Assembly: GCA_017445665.1 (NCBI GenBank)
Contig: JAFSTR010000169.1
Span: 1-52,081 of the forward strand
DNA: 52,081 nt
Reading direction: 5' to 3'
Source of the DNA: Butyrivibrio sp.
GTDB lineage: Bacteria > Bacillota > Clostridia > Lachnospirales > Lachnospiraceae
The position numbers and the translations under genes are program-made. The notes beneath the pieces were generated by a model. The model saw nothing but the letters and a program-made list of their open reading frames with translations, did not search any database and had not been told where the DNA came from. This document shows, piece after piece, positions 29,901 through 38,407 of the stretch (positions within the stretch are counted from its first letter, which is position 1; each line of letters opens with the position of its first letter).

Positions 29901-32182
29901 AAGAGATTGGGGCAAAAGAGATGACGGCCATCACGGTAAAGATAGAGGCTGAGAGCGGAACGGTTTCAGGAAAGGCCAGAGTTGTACAAAGAGGCGATGC
30001 GTCCGGAGGATACAAGGTTGGATATATTGATGACACATCCTCTGTTGTAACCATGAAGATCAATGCACCTAAGGATGGAACCTACAGAGTTGATATTGCT
30101 GCTGACGGAGATAAGGGAGCATTCCCCAACACCTCTCACAGATATTGGGTAAACGGTGATGAGGCATCAGCTAAGATTGTGGAATACACTAACGCCACAA
30201 ACTGGGATATCTGGTCACTCTACAGTGTTTATGTAGATCTTAAGGAGGGTGAAAACACCTTCTCAGTATCACATTCAGGTATTGCAAACAGTTTCTCCGA
30301 GCTGGATTACATCGTGTTCCATGCAATGGAGGAGCCTGAGTTTGAGATCATGGTAGGCGATAGAGCCCTTGATAAGTTTGACAGGACAAAGAAGACATTT
30401 AGTGTTGATGTTGAAGATCTTGCAAATATTCCCGAGGTATCGGTAAGGTTTGCTGAAGGAACGGCAGAGAGCTTTAAGGCTACAGTGACACAGGCAAGTG
30501 CAAACAGACCTGAGAGTTATGTCACTGTTTACAGCACTGATGATCCTACATATGTACATAAATACACAGTAAGGTTTAATTCAACGGAAACCTTTGGAAG
30601 CATGATCGTTAATTTCGGCGCTGATCCGTTTGTTACCTATCACGACGGTTATTACTACTATGTTCGCATGGGACGTAACGACACAGGTATCTGGGTGACC
30701 AAGGCTGCTGAGCTTTCAAGGATCGGCAAGGTAGAGCCTGTATGCGTATACATGCCTTCGGGAGATGAGCCTACAAGGGAGCTTTGGGCGCCTGAGCTTC
30801 ATTTCATCGATGGAAAGTGGTACATCTACTACACAGCAGGAGCCGGTGCAGATCACCGCATGATGGTGCTTGAGAGCGTATCTGACGACGCTCAGGGTGA
30901 GTATGTATTTAAAGGCAAGATGAGCCCTGAGACAGACAGATGGGCAATCGATCAGACGGTTCTTGAACTAGACGGACAGCTCTATGCTATATGGTCAGGC
31001 TGGGATGGTTTTGTTGATGGTGAGCAGAGGCTCTACATCGCCAAGATGTCAGATCCGGTTACTATCTCCGGCGACAGAGTGGAACTCTCAAGACCTGAGT
31101 ATGCATGGGAAGTCAACGAGCATCCTACGATAAACGAAGGACCTGAGATCGCTGTTTCACCTGACGGAACTGTAAACATTGTTTACTCAGCAAGCGGATC
31201 CTGGTCAGATACATACTGCCTCGGATGCCTGACCCTTAAGAAGGGTGCTGACCCTATGAATGCAAATTCCTGGGTTAAGGCTTCAAAGCCTGTTTTCCAG
31301 AAGAATGACAGCACCACCTTCTCAACAGGACATGCATGCTTTGTTAAGTCTCCTGACGGCAAGGAAGATTATCTCGTATACCATGCAACAGTATTTGCAG
31401 GCGGCGGCTGGAACGGAAGAGGAGTAAGAGTTCAGAGAGCATACTGGCGCGAGGACGGAACTCCATTCCTTGGAGAAGCTGCGGAGTATACAGATCAGAT
31501 CAAGGTTCCTTCAGGAACAAAGAAGGCTGATTACAGAAAATTAGAGGCTGAAGATGCTGCTCTTACAGGAGTATCAGCTTCTGAGACCTATAACTCTTCA
31601 GGAAATGCCTGTGTATACGGATTTACTGATGAGGAAACAAAAGCAGAGTTCACCTTTGATGTGGATGAAGCAGGAGAGTATGTACTTTATCTCGGAGCAT
31701 CCGCTGACAGGAACGGAGCCGGACTTAAGGCTGTTGTAAACGGTCAGGAGTACGAGAAAGAGATCTATAACTTCAATGCCAATGCAGGTGGAAGGCTCTG
31801 CACAGATAACTGGTTTGGATATGAGATCAGGGTAAGTCTTGCACAAGGAAGCAATACTGTTGTTGTATCGGGACTTGGCAGCAAAGAGAAAGCAGCTCTT
31901 GATTACATCGAATACTGCAAGGCTGAAGATGCTTATGCACCAAATCCGGAGCCTGTAGAGGAAGAAGAACCTGTAATTACAGATCCTACAGATCCTGAAA
32001 ATCCTGATGATCCAACAACACCTGATGAGCCTGATAAGCCGGATCAGCCTGAAAAACCTGAGAAGCCACAGGTTCCTGTAGAGAAAGTGGTAAAGGCGAT
32101 CACAGCAGTTGTTAAGACTGTGGTAAAGGTTGTGGTCAAGACAGTGACAAGCATTGTAAAAAAGATACTTAAATGGTTTTAA
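26993..32182 (+). CDS. Secreted multidomain glycoside hydrolase with two GH43 domains (arabinofuranosidase-like), plus DUF1080, Ig-like, LamG and two CBM35/CBM6-like modules
   Basis: ATG 26993 after a GGGGG RBS; signal peptide (AYA-A); GH43-1 TRDPYI...AWAPEA...NIDT...YEGG; GH43-2 ADPFV...LWAPELH...WAID...INEGP; IEAE/LEAE CBM starts; Pro/Asp linker. Confidence 0.9.
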   Translation: MRRNARFHAIALAAALGLQTISAPLAYAAEEDQQLELPEEGETPEEKETPDEEKPLDQEEKDGKNEAEEEKKVEEEKKAEEEKKVEEEKDEEDKAQEEAEVKKESEADPENAAEAAEEEITTLDLEESGPCPEAVVNRGDLLWEVDMNDLSAFDLYTGPAEGTWSSADGIVRIDGGHGNKAISKRQDFSDLVLECDVTVEKQADLPDKSSAQGGILFRASQGANRQNDGYFGYYLGVNAKGQELILGRCSGNNWYQIATKRMNAEFGKTYHLTVVAKGSEITCYADQGGENLATISVTDTTHASGGIGMRNWLSHSSFRNLKVSEYKEKVLSDEECLEEVEKAIDNITIPGADSVRGNITLPDKLGDVELSWESDNEDVISSKAVSQDDYYDIPAGVVRRGSSDEKVTLTVTASLGDVSLSKDMEVTVLAKTEPDTDYVGYLYAHFKEIPGQKGEQDIFYGISDDGLNWTALNGNEAVLKSDVSDMATRDPYIIRSAEGDRFFLLATDQDIYKYGNNIPWDRLSTQGSTALTIWESTDLVNWTNERNVDVAGSIDGGCAWAPEAIYDEGTGEYLVYWASKIAADNYARQYTFVSRTRDFYTFTEPELFNDFGSNIDTSMLKVGDDYYRLTKIEDGMYVRLDKASGRLRSYGNGVTTKRIGNLTFNVVGNNYSYIANTADGCLESFRGNYEGGTMFKFNDRDEWCVMLDEYGGQTRGYIPFTTGDLSAPNSVHVLDEDMYTAQEGCKHGVILPVTASEYDSLIRAYGVPKGLFAGLDKSEGPVTEIDFEEADGSKVTCRGEDLGLTLYGNAELKDGALYLDGSDDSYAAFESGVFDGAKEMTISFDVKALMSDATGMALYLGNDADKYMYVGVNDEETNAGNTARGKSGIKEVKVGGYGNYDRLMHLDAVVSDHNLSLYADGLYIGTVKNRNISELGKDLTMYLGRSLAGERPFKGSIDNLKIYNRALTMEEIGAKEMTAITVKIEAESGTVSGKARVVQRGDASGGYKVGYIDDTSSVVTMKINAPKDGTYRVDIAADGDKGAFPNTSHRYWVNGDEASAKIVEYTNATNWDIWSLYSVYVDLKEGENTFSVSHSGIANSFSELDYIVFHAMEEPEFEIMVGDRALDKFDRTKKTFSVDVEDLANIPEVSVRFAEGTAESFKATVTQASANRPESYVTVYSTDDPTYVHKYTVRFNSTETFGSMIVNFGADPFVTYHDGYYYYVRMGRNDTGIWVTKAAELSRIGKVEPVCVYMPSGDEPTRELWAPELHFIDGKWYIYYTAGAGADHRMMVLESVSDDAQGEYVFKGKMSPETDRWAIDQTVLELDGQLYAIWSGWDGFVDGEQRLYIAKMSDPVTISGDRVELSRPEYAWEVNEHPTINEGPEIAVSPDGTVNIVYSASGSWSDTYCLGCLTLKKGADPMNANSWVKASKPVFQKNDSTTFSTGHACFVKSPDGKEDYLVYHATVFAGGGWNGRGVRVQRAYWREDGTPFLGEAAEYTDQIKVPSGTKKADYRKLEAEDAALTGVSASETYNSSGNACVYGFTDEETKAEFTFDVDEAGEYVLYLGASADRNGAGLKAVVNGQEYEKEIYNFNANAGGRLCTDNWFGYEIRVSLAQGSNTVVVSGLGSKEKAALDYIEYCKAEDAYAPNPEPVEEEEPVITDPTDPENPDDPTTPDEPDKPDQPEKPEKPQVPVEKVVKAITAVVKTVVKVVVKTVTSIVKKILKWF
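27194..27259 (+). repeat. In-frame 18-bp tandem repeat (EEEKKV/A, about 3.7 copies) in the acidic N-terminal linker
   Basis: GAAGAAGAAAAGAAGGTA GAAGAAGAGAAGAAGGCA GAGGAAGAGAAGAAGGTA GAAGAAGAGAAA. Confidence 0.8.
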
Positions 32183-32249
32183 GATACTTGTTCCGTCCGT
32201 GTTTACAAGTTATGATATATGGGCATGAAAACGTTTCCGGAGGGATTAT

Positions 32250-33467
32250 ATGAAATACAGAACTCTTGTAGCAGATGATGAACCTATGATCAGAAGAGGA
32301 ATCATTAGTTTCCTCAAGGCCTATGACGATTTCGAAGTTGTGGCTGAAGCTGAAGACGGTGAGATGGCGCTTGAAAAGTCCAAGTCCACAGTTATTGATG
32401 TGTTCTTTGTGGACATCAACATGCCTTTCCTCAACGGACTGGATTTCATAAAGGAGCTTAAAAAACTCTACCCTCAGGCCCTTGTTGTAATAATAACCGG
32501 GTATGATCTCTTTGAATACGCAAGAAAGGCTGTAGGCCTTGGAGTATTTGACTATGTACTTAAGCCTCTGATGGAGGATCCTTTCGATGAACTCATCGGA
32601 AGGATCCGTGAGGCTCTCAGCAAGCGCAGTGGCGAGGAGATGGAGAAGAAATACCTGGAATGGGCTAGGGACAAGATGAACGAGAGCAGAGAGCTGCTTG
32701 TAGCAGAGCTTGTAAAGAAGATAATTGACGGAAGGCTCTCGGAGGATGAGATTTCTCAGGAGTGTAATTACTTAAACTTAAGGATCCCGGAGAACTATTC
32801 CATGATCCTGGTGAGGATGGACACAAGGCCTACTGAGGAGCTGAACGGAGACTGGAACGACGATCTTTTGTACTTTGTATCTGAGAATATCGCGCTTGAG
32901 ATGTTTGCTTCCCTTGCTCTTGAGAGTAAGTGCAGGGACGAGTCGGGAAATCTTGTGCTGATAACAGGCAGGATGGATGACAGCGTTCTTGCCGAGCAGG
33001 CTGATGAGTACATCAGCTATATCTCGGGAATACTTCCTGTTAAATGTGTTATTGAGACAGCTCAGGGATCAGGATTTGTTTCCATAGCAGGAACATATCA
33101 GGAAGCCCTGTCGCGGGCTTCTGAGAACACGGGATATTCTTCCATCATGGAATCGGTACTTGAGCTTATGCAGGAGAACTATTCAAGAGAGGAGTTTTCA
33201 CTTCAGGAGGCAGCAGACAAGGTGGGACTTTCTGTCCCGTATCTGAGCCGTATATTCAGAAAGGAAGCAGGCTGTACCTTCGTTGATTACCTCACGAATC
33301 TTAGGATGCGCAAGGCAAGTATCCTTCTGCATGATGAGGAGATGAAGATCTACGAGGTTGCTGAGAGCGTAGGTTACACGTCACAGCAGTACTTCAGCCT
33401 GGTATTCAAGAAGAAACTGGGAATCAGCCCTGTAGAGTACAGGCAAGCTATTAAAGAAAACAAATAA
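32250..33467 (+). CDS. Response regulator, YesN-type (REC + AraC HTH)
   Basis: LVADDE...VDINMP...YVLKP; YLSRIFRKE...VGYTSQQYFSLVFKK. Confidence 0.93.
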   Translation: MKYRTLVADDEPMIRRGIISFLKAYDDFEVVAEAEDGEMALEKSKSTVIDVFFVDINMPFLNGLDFIKELKKLYPQALVVIITGYDLFEYARKAVGLGVFDYVLKPLMEDPFDELIGRIREALSKRSGEEMEKKYLEWARDKMNESRELLVAELVKKIIDGRLSEDEISQECNYLNLRIPENYSMILVRMDTRPTEELNGDWNDDLLYFVSENIALEMFASLALESKCRDESGNLVLITGRMDDSVLAEQADEYISYISGILPVKCVIETAQGSGFVSIAGTYQEALSRASENTGYSSIMESVLELMQENYSREEFSLQEAADKVGLSVPYLSRIFRKEAGCTFVDYLTNLRMRKASILLHDEEMKIYEVAESVGYTSQQYFSLVFKKKLGISPVEYRQAIKENK

Positions 33468-33590
33468 GAAAACCGGCTACCCCCTATCTGCCCCGCTTAG
33501 TGACCGGTATTTATCTGGACTACAATCACTGTGCTGCGGGGCTTAACTGTCCCAATAAACGAGAAAAATGTAAGCTGCGCATTGACAAGT

Positions 33591-33652
33591 CAAAAAAGTA
33601 TAAACTTCGGACAAATCAGTCTAAATACTTTTCCATTCTCTTTAGCTAGAAT
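33591..33652 (+). promoter_or_regulatory. Candidate activator direct repeat + -10 for the sugar ABC operon
   Basis: CAAAAAAGTATAAA (33591) / CAAATCAGTCTAAA (33612), 21-bp period; TAGAAT at 33647. Confidence 0.6.
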
Positions 33653-33707
33653 CAATCTTGTAAACAACGAAAGGGCCTGAAGGAAAGGGCCAAATAAGGA
33701 GGATAAT

Positions 33708-34751
33708 ATGAAGAAAAGATTAGTTAGTTCGATTTTGTGTGCAGCTATGCTTACTGCATCAATCGTAGGTTGCGGAAGCGCTGCTCCTGAAAAGACAGCT
33801 CAGGCACCGGCACAGACTGTTGAGGAAGCTGAAACTCCAAAGGCTGATGCACCTGCTGCAACAGATGAGGGAAGTGACAAGCTCGTAGTTGGTTTTGCTC
33901 AGATCGGACAGGAGTCAGGATGGAGAGATGCTGAAACAATGTCAATCCAGACATATGCTGCTGAGCATTCAGACACAGTTGAACTTAAATTTGCTGATGC
34001 ACAGCAGAAGCAGGAAAACCAGATCAAGGCTATCAAGAGCTTCATCGAGCAGGACGTTGATGTTATCGGACTTGCACCTGTTGTTGAGACAGGATGGGAT
34101 CAGGTTTTTGCAGAGGCACAGGATGCAGGAATCCCAATCATTCTTCTTGACAGAACAGCTGATGTAGACGAGAGTCTCTATGCTACATTCATCGGTTCAG
34201 ACTTTATCGAAGAGGGTAAGGAAGCTGCTAAGCAGATGGCTGAGCTCATCGGCGGTAAGGGCAAGATTGTAGAGCTTGAGGGAACAGTTGGTGCTTCTGC
34301 TGCTACAGACAGAAAGACAGGTTTCGACGAAGAGATCGCTGCAAATTATCCTGACATCGAGATCGTTGCATCTCAGACAGGTGACTTTACAAGAGCACAG
34401 GGCAAGGAAGTTATGGAGTCATTCCTTAAGTCTAACCCTGATATCGTAGGTGTATATGCACACAATGATGACATGGCACTTGGTGCTATCGAAGCTATCA
34501 AAGAAGCCGGCCTTAAGCCCGGTGAAGATATCGTAACAGTATCTGTTGACGGCGTTAAGGGAATCTTTGAGGCTATGGTAGCCGGTGAGGCTAACTGCAC
34601 AGTAGAGTGCAATCCTCTCCTTGGACCTCTTTTCTTTGAGACTGCTGCAAAACTTAAGAACGGCGAGTCAGTTGAGAAGTGGGTTAAGTCAGTTGACGGT
34701 GTATTCACATCAGATATTGCTGCGGATGTTATCGATTCAAGAGCTTATTGA
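33708..34751 (+). CDS. Sugar ABC transporter substrate-binding lipoprotein (YtfQ-like)
   Basis: RBS AGGAGG; lipobox IVGC; VGFAQIGQESGWR, DAQQKQENQI, HNDDMALGA, VECNPLLGP. Confidence 0.92.
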   Translation: MKKRLVSSILCAAMLTASIVGCGSAAPEKTAQAPAQTVEEAETPKADAPAATDEGSDKLVVGFAQIGQESGWRDAETMSIQTYAAEHSDTVELKFADAQQKQENQIKAIKSFIEQDVDVIGLAPVVETGWDQVFAEAQDAGIPIILLDRTADVDESLYATFIGSDFIEEGKEAAKQMAELIGGKGKIVELEGTVGASAATDRKTGFDEEIAANYPDIEIVASQTGDFTRAQGKEVMESFLKSNPDIVGVYAHNDDMALGAIEAIKEAGLKPGEDIVTVSVDGVKGIFEAMVAGEANCTVECNPLLGPLFFETAAKLKNGESVEKWVKSVDGVFTSDIAADVIDSRAY

Positions 34752-34772
34752 TCAGTAAAGAGTATTAAGAAT

Positions 34773-34805
34773 AATCCGCTCCGTAAACTTCGGAGCGGAT
34801 TTTTT
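34773..34805 (+). terminator. Intra-operon hairpin/terminator after the SBP gene
   Basis: AATCCGCTCCG-TAAACTT-CGGAGCGGATT followed by TTTT. Confidence 0.78.
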
Positions 34806-34819
34806 AAAGGAGGAGAAGG

Positions 34820-36346
34820 GTGAGCGGTCAGACAAAACTCTTAACAATGAAAGGCATATCCAAGTCCTTTGGAAAAGCGGTTATTGCCTTAGATAACGTG
34901 CAGTTCGAACTGGAGGCCGGAGAAATCCATGCTCTTCTTGGTGAGAACGGCGCGGGAAAATCCACACTTATCAAAGTGCTGACAGGTGTTGAGGAGAGAG
35001 ATGAGGGAGAGGTTTTACTTGAGGGAAAAAAGATCCATCCCAAATCTACAAATGAGGCACAGCAGGTAGGAATATCAACTGTTTATCAGGAAGTAAACTT
35101 ATGCCCTAACCTGTCTGTGGCAGAAAATATCTATATCGGAAGAGCTCCGAAAACAAAGATGGGAGCCATTGACTGGGCTGCTATGAGCAGAGATGCAGCA
35201 AAGCTCCTTGAGAAATTTGATCTGAAGCTTGATGTCAACAAGAGGCTTGATAACTATTCGGTTGCTATCCAGCAGATGGTAGCTATAGCAAGAGCCAGTG
35301 ATATCAAGGCAAAGGTTCTTATCCTGGACGAGCCCACAAGCTCTTTGTCCAAGGTAGAAGTAGATAAGCTGTTTGAGATCATGAGAAGGCTTAAAGCTGA
35401 AGGAATGGGAATCATATTTGTAACTCATTTCCTTGATCAGGTATATGAAGTTACTGACAGGATCACTGTCCTTAGAAACGGCAACTATGTAGGAACATAT
35501 AAAACAAGTGACCTTCCGAGAATGGAGCTTGTATCAAAAATGATCGGAAAGGACTATGCGGTTCTTAACCAGTCCTTAAAGGAAGGTCAGGCTGAAAAAG
35601 AAGGAACAAAAACAGGCGATGAGCTTGTTTCCATGAAGGGGGTATCCCATCAGGGAAGTATCTCGGGAATGGATCTTACCATTTCAAAGGGTGAGGTTCT
35701 GGGACTCTCCGGACTCCTTGGGTCGGGAAGATCGGAAACAGCGAGAGTACTGTTTGGAATAGATCAGGTTACAGACGGAGAACTGTGCATCGGTGGAGAG
35801 AAGGTTCACTTAAAACATCCGATTGATGCAATAAGAAAAGACATTGCTTTCTGCCCTGAGAACAGAAAGACTGAAGGCATCATAGGTGACCTCTCCATCA
35901 GAGATAACATGGCACTGGCTCTGCAGGCCAAGAAGGGACTCTTTAAAAAGATCTCTAAGAAAGAGGCTCAGAAAATTGCAGACGAGTATATTGAGAAACT
36001 TGAGATAAAAACACCGGATGCAGATCAGCTGATAAAGAATCTCTCCGGAGGAAATCAGCAGAAGGTTATCCTCGCAAGGTGGCTGGCTACAAATCCCCAG
36101 CTTCTTATGCTGGATGAGCCCACAAGAGGTATTGATATCGGAACCAAGGCTGAGATCCAGAAGATTGTAATAGATCTGGCTGCCCAGGGAATGGCGGTAC
36201 TGTTTATTTCATCAGAGCTTGATGAGGAACTTAGATGTTGCAGAAGGATCGTTGTGCTAAAAGACATGGAAAAAGCAGGCGAAGTTGTTGGGGATAACAT
36301 CTCTGAGGGAGCTGTAATGCAGATCATGGCAGGAGGAGAAAAGTAA
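34820..36346 (+). CDS. Sugar ABC transporter ATP-binding protein (YtfR/RbsA-like, CUT2)
   Basis: GENGAGKST; LDEPT twice; LSGGNQQK; GTG start with AGGAG RBS. Confidence 0.95.
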   Translation: MSGQTKLLTMKGISKSFGKAVIALDNVQFELEAGEIHALLGENGAGKSTLIKVLTGVEERDEGEVLLEGKKIHPKSTNEAQQVGISTVYQEVNLCPNLSVAENIYIGRAPKTKMGAIDWAAMSRDAAKLLEKFDLKLDVNKRLDNYSVAIQQMVAIARASDIKAKVLILDEPTSSLSKVEVDKLFEIMRRLKAEGMGIIFVTHFLDQVYEVTDRITVLRNGNYVGTYKTSDLPRMELVSKMIGKDYAVLNQSLKEGQAEKEGTKTGDELVSMKGVSHQGSISGMDLTISKGEVLGLSGLLGSGRSETARVLFGIDQVTDGELCIGGEKVHLKHPIDAIRKDIAFCPENRKTEGIIGDLSIRDNMALALQAKKGLFKKISKKEAQKIADEYIEKLEIKTPDADQLIKNLSGGNQQKVILARWLATNPQLLMLDEPTRGIDIGTKAEIQKIVIDLAAQGMAVLFISSELDEELRCCRRIVVLKDMEKAGEVVGDNISEGAVMQIMAGGEK

Positions 36347-37383
36347 TGAAAAATAAGCAGCTTAAAATAACGCAGAATCAGGCATTCTGGCCTGTGATCA
36401 TTTTCCTGACCATCATATTGTTTAACACTGTTATGACAAGGGGAGAGTTCCTCTCAATCTCCATAGTGGACGGGCATTTTTACGGAAGGATCATAGATAT
36501 CTTCAGAAACGGCGGTAAGCTCATGATCCTGGCTGCAGGTATGACAATGGTCCTGGCAACCGGTGGAACAGATATCTCAGTAGGATCGGTGATGGCTATA
36601 AGCGGAGCAATAGCCTGCAGTATCATAAGAGGCAATCTTCTTCCGGGACTTGGAGGAAGTGTGACAGCAGCAATTCTTTTTGCAGTTTGTGCAGGAATAA
36701 TCTGCGGACTGTGGAACGGCTTTCTTGTGGCACAGATAAAAATCCAGCCTATTGTAGCTACCATGATCCTGCTTGTTGCGGGAAGAGGAATAGCACAGCT
36801 TATAACCAGCGGAAAGATCATAACAATTAATTCCGATGCATATTATTTCATCAACGGCGGATATATTCTGGGACTTCCGTTCCCGCTGTACATAGTTCTT
36901 TTCCTGGTTGGTATTCTGCTCTTGTTTGTACACAGAACATCCTTCGGACTCTTCCTTGAATCCATCGGCTGTAATTCGCTGGCTTCAAAGTTTGCGGGGA
37001 TCAAGGTAAACAGATATCTTCTTGCAATCTATACCATATCCGGAGCATTTGCTTCAGTTGCGGGCCTTATCGAAAGTGCCGGAATCAAGGGAGCTGACTG
37101 TAACAACGCAGGTCTTAATATCGAGCTCGACGCAATTTTAGCAGTTGCCATCGGAGGAACCAACCTCATGGGTGGAAGATTCTCAATATTTGCCAGCGTT
37201 ATCGGAGCACTTATTGTACAGAGTATCACTACAACGGTTCTTGCACTTGGAGTACCTGCTGCATATATCAGGGTTTTAAAAGCTCTTTTGATAATTGTTA
37301 TATGCCTTTCCCAGTCAGGCAAGTTCAAGGTGCTCTTTGGCAGAAAGCTTGAAAGTAAGAAGAAGGAGGCAGTTGCACTATGA
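36346..37383 (+). CDS. Sugar ABC transporter permease (YtfT-like)
   Basis: TGGTDISVGS, IQPIVATMIL, ELDAILAVAIGG. Confidence 0.93.
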   Translation: MKNKQLKITQNQAFWPVIIFLTIILFNTVMTRGEFLSISIVDGHFYGRIIDIFRNGGKLMILAAGMTMVLATGGTDISVGSVMAISGAIACSIIRGNLLPGLGGSVTAAILFAVCAGIICGLWNGFLVAQIKIQPIVATMILLVAGRGIAQLITSGKIITINSDAYYFINGGYILGLPFPLYIVLFLVGILLLFVHRTSFGLFLESIGCNSLASKFAGIKVNRYLLAIYTISGAFASVAGLIESAGIKGADCNNAGLNIELDAILAVAIGGTNLMGGRFSIFASVIGALIVQSITTTVLALGVPAAYIRVLKALLIIVICLSQSGKFKVLFGRKLESKKKEAVAL

Positions 37384-38384
37384 AAGAGAAACTGCGCATC
37401 AAAAACATATCACTTACCATGACCATAGTTCTTTTCCTGGTCATGTTCATATTCGGGTCTGTCAGATACGATCATTTCTTTTCATTGTCCACGTTCCTTA
37501 ATCTGTTCAATGACAACGCTTATCTGATGATAGCCGGGATAGGAATTACATTCGTGCTCATTACCGGGGGAATTGATATCTCCATTTCATCAACCATCGC
37601 TTTTACCGGAGTATTTATGGCATACAGCCTTCAGCGTGGAATTCCCTCCTATGTAGTGATCCCAATGGCACTTATTATCGGCATCGTAGTAGGAGCGGTT
37701 CAGGGAAGCCTCATCCATTATTTCAGGCTTCAGCCCTTTATCGTAACCCTTGCGGGACAGTTCCTTATGAGGGGACTCTGCGTAGTAATAAGTGAGGCGT
37801 CAATACCGATCACAGATCCGTTCTTTAAGTTCATGGCCCTTGGCAGGATACAGATAAAGCTTGGGGATTCCAAGGCTTTGAACGGCAAGATATACTACTA
37901 TGTGCTTATCTTTGTGGCAGTTCTTCTGATAGGTCTTTATGTACTTAAAAAGACTCCTTTCGGAAGGGCAGTGTATGCCATCGGAGGCAATGAACAGTCA
38001 GCTCAGCTCATGGGACTGAATGTTGCAAGAACTAAGATTGGAGCGTATATTATAAGCAGTTTCTGCGCTTCTCTTGCAGGTGTTGTATTCAGTTTTTACA
38101 CACTGGCAGGTTATGGACTTCAGAACATGGGAATGGAGCTGGATGCAATCTCTTCAGCGGTAATCGGAGGAACACTTCTTACAGGTGGTGTGGGTTCCGT
38201 ATTCGGAACAGCTGTTGGAGCAATGATCCAGGGTATAATTCAGACAATTGTTACTTATGAGAATCTCAATACATGGTGGACCAAGGTTACCATCGCAGGT
38301 CTTCTTTGCTTCTTTATTGTGGTTCAGAGAATTATTGCAGTAAGAGCTGAGTCCATGAAGGGAAAAGAGCTGGCTGCAGCGTGA
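37380..38384 (+). CDS. Sugar ABC transporter permease (YjfF-like)
   Basis: TGGIDIS, QPFIVTLAG, YAIGGNEQSA, ELDAISSAVIGGTLLTGG, WWTK. Confidence 0.93.
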   Translation: MKEKLRIKNISLTMTIVLFLVMFIFGSVRYDHFFSLSTFLNLFNDNAYLMIAGIGITFVLITGGIDISISSTIAFTGVFMAYSLQRGIPSYVVIPMALIIGIVVGAVQGSLIHYFRLQPFIVTLAGQFLMRGLCVVISEASIPITDPFFKFMALGRIQIKLGDSKALNGKIYYYVLIFVAVLLIGLYVLKKTPFGRAVYAIGGNEQSAQLMGLNVARTKIGAYIISSFCASLAGVVFSFYTLAGYGLQNMGMELDAISSAVIGGTLLTGGVGSVFGTAVGAMIQGIIQTIVTYENLNTWWTKVTIAGLLCFFIVVQRIIAVRAESMKGKELAAA

Positions 38385-38407
38385 TATTTACCAGTAAATG
38401 ATCGGGG

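Noticed and set aside
33490-33542. Imperfect long hairpin (GCCCCGC...GCGGGGC) as a riboswitch or sRNA
   Set aside because: No recognisable riboswitch motif or U-tail; lies upstream of the predicted promoter; may simply end the RR transcript
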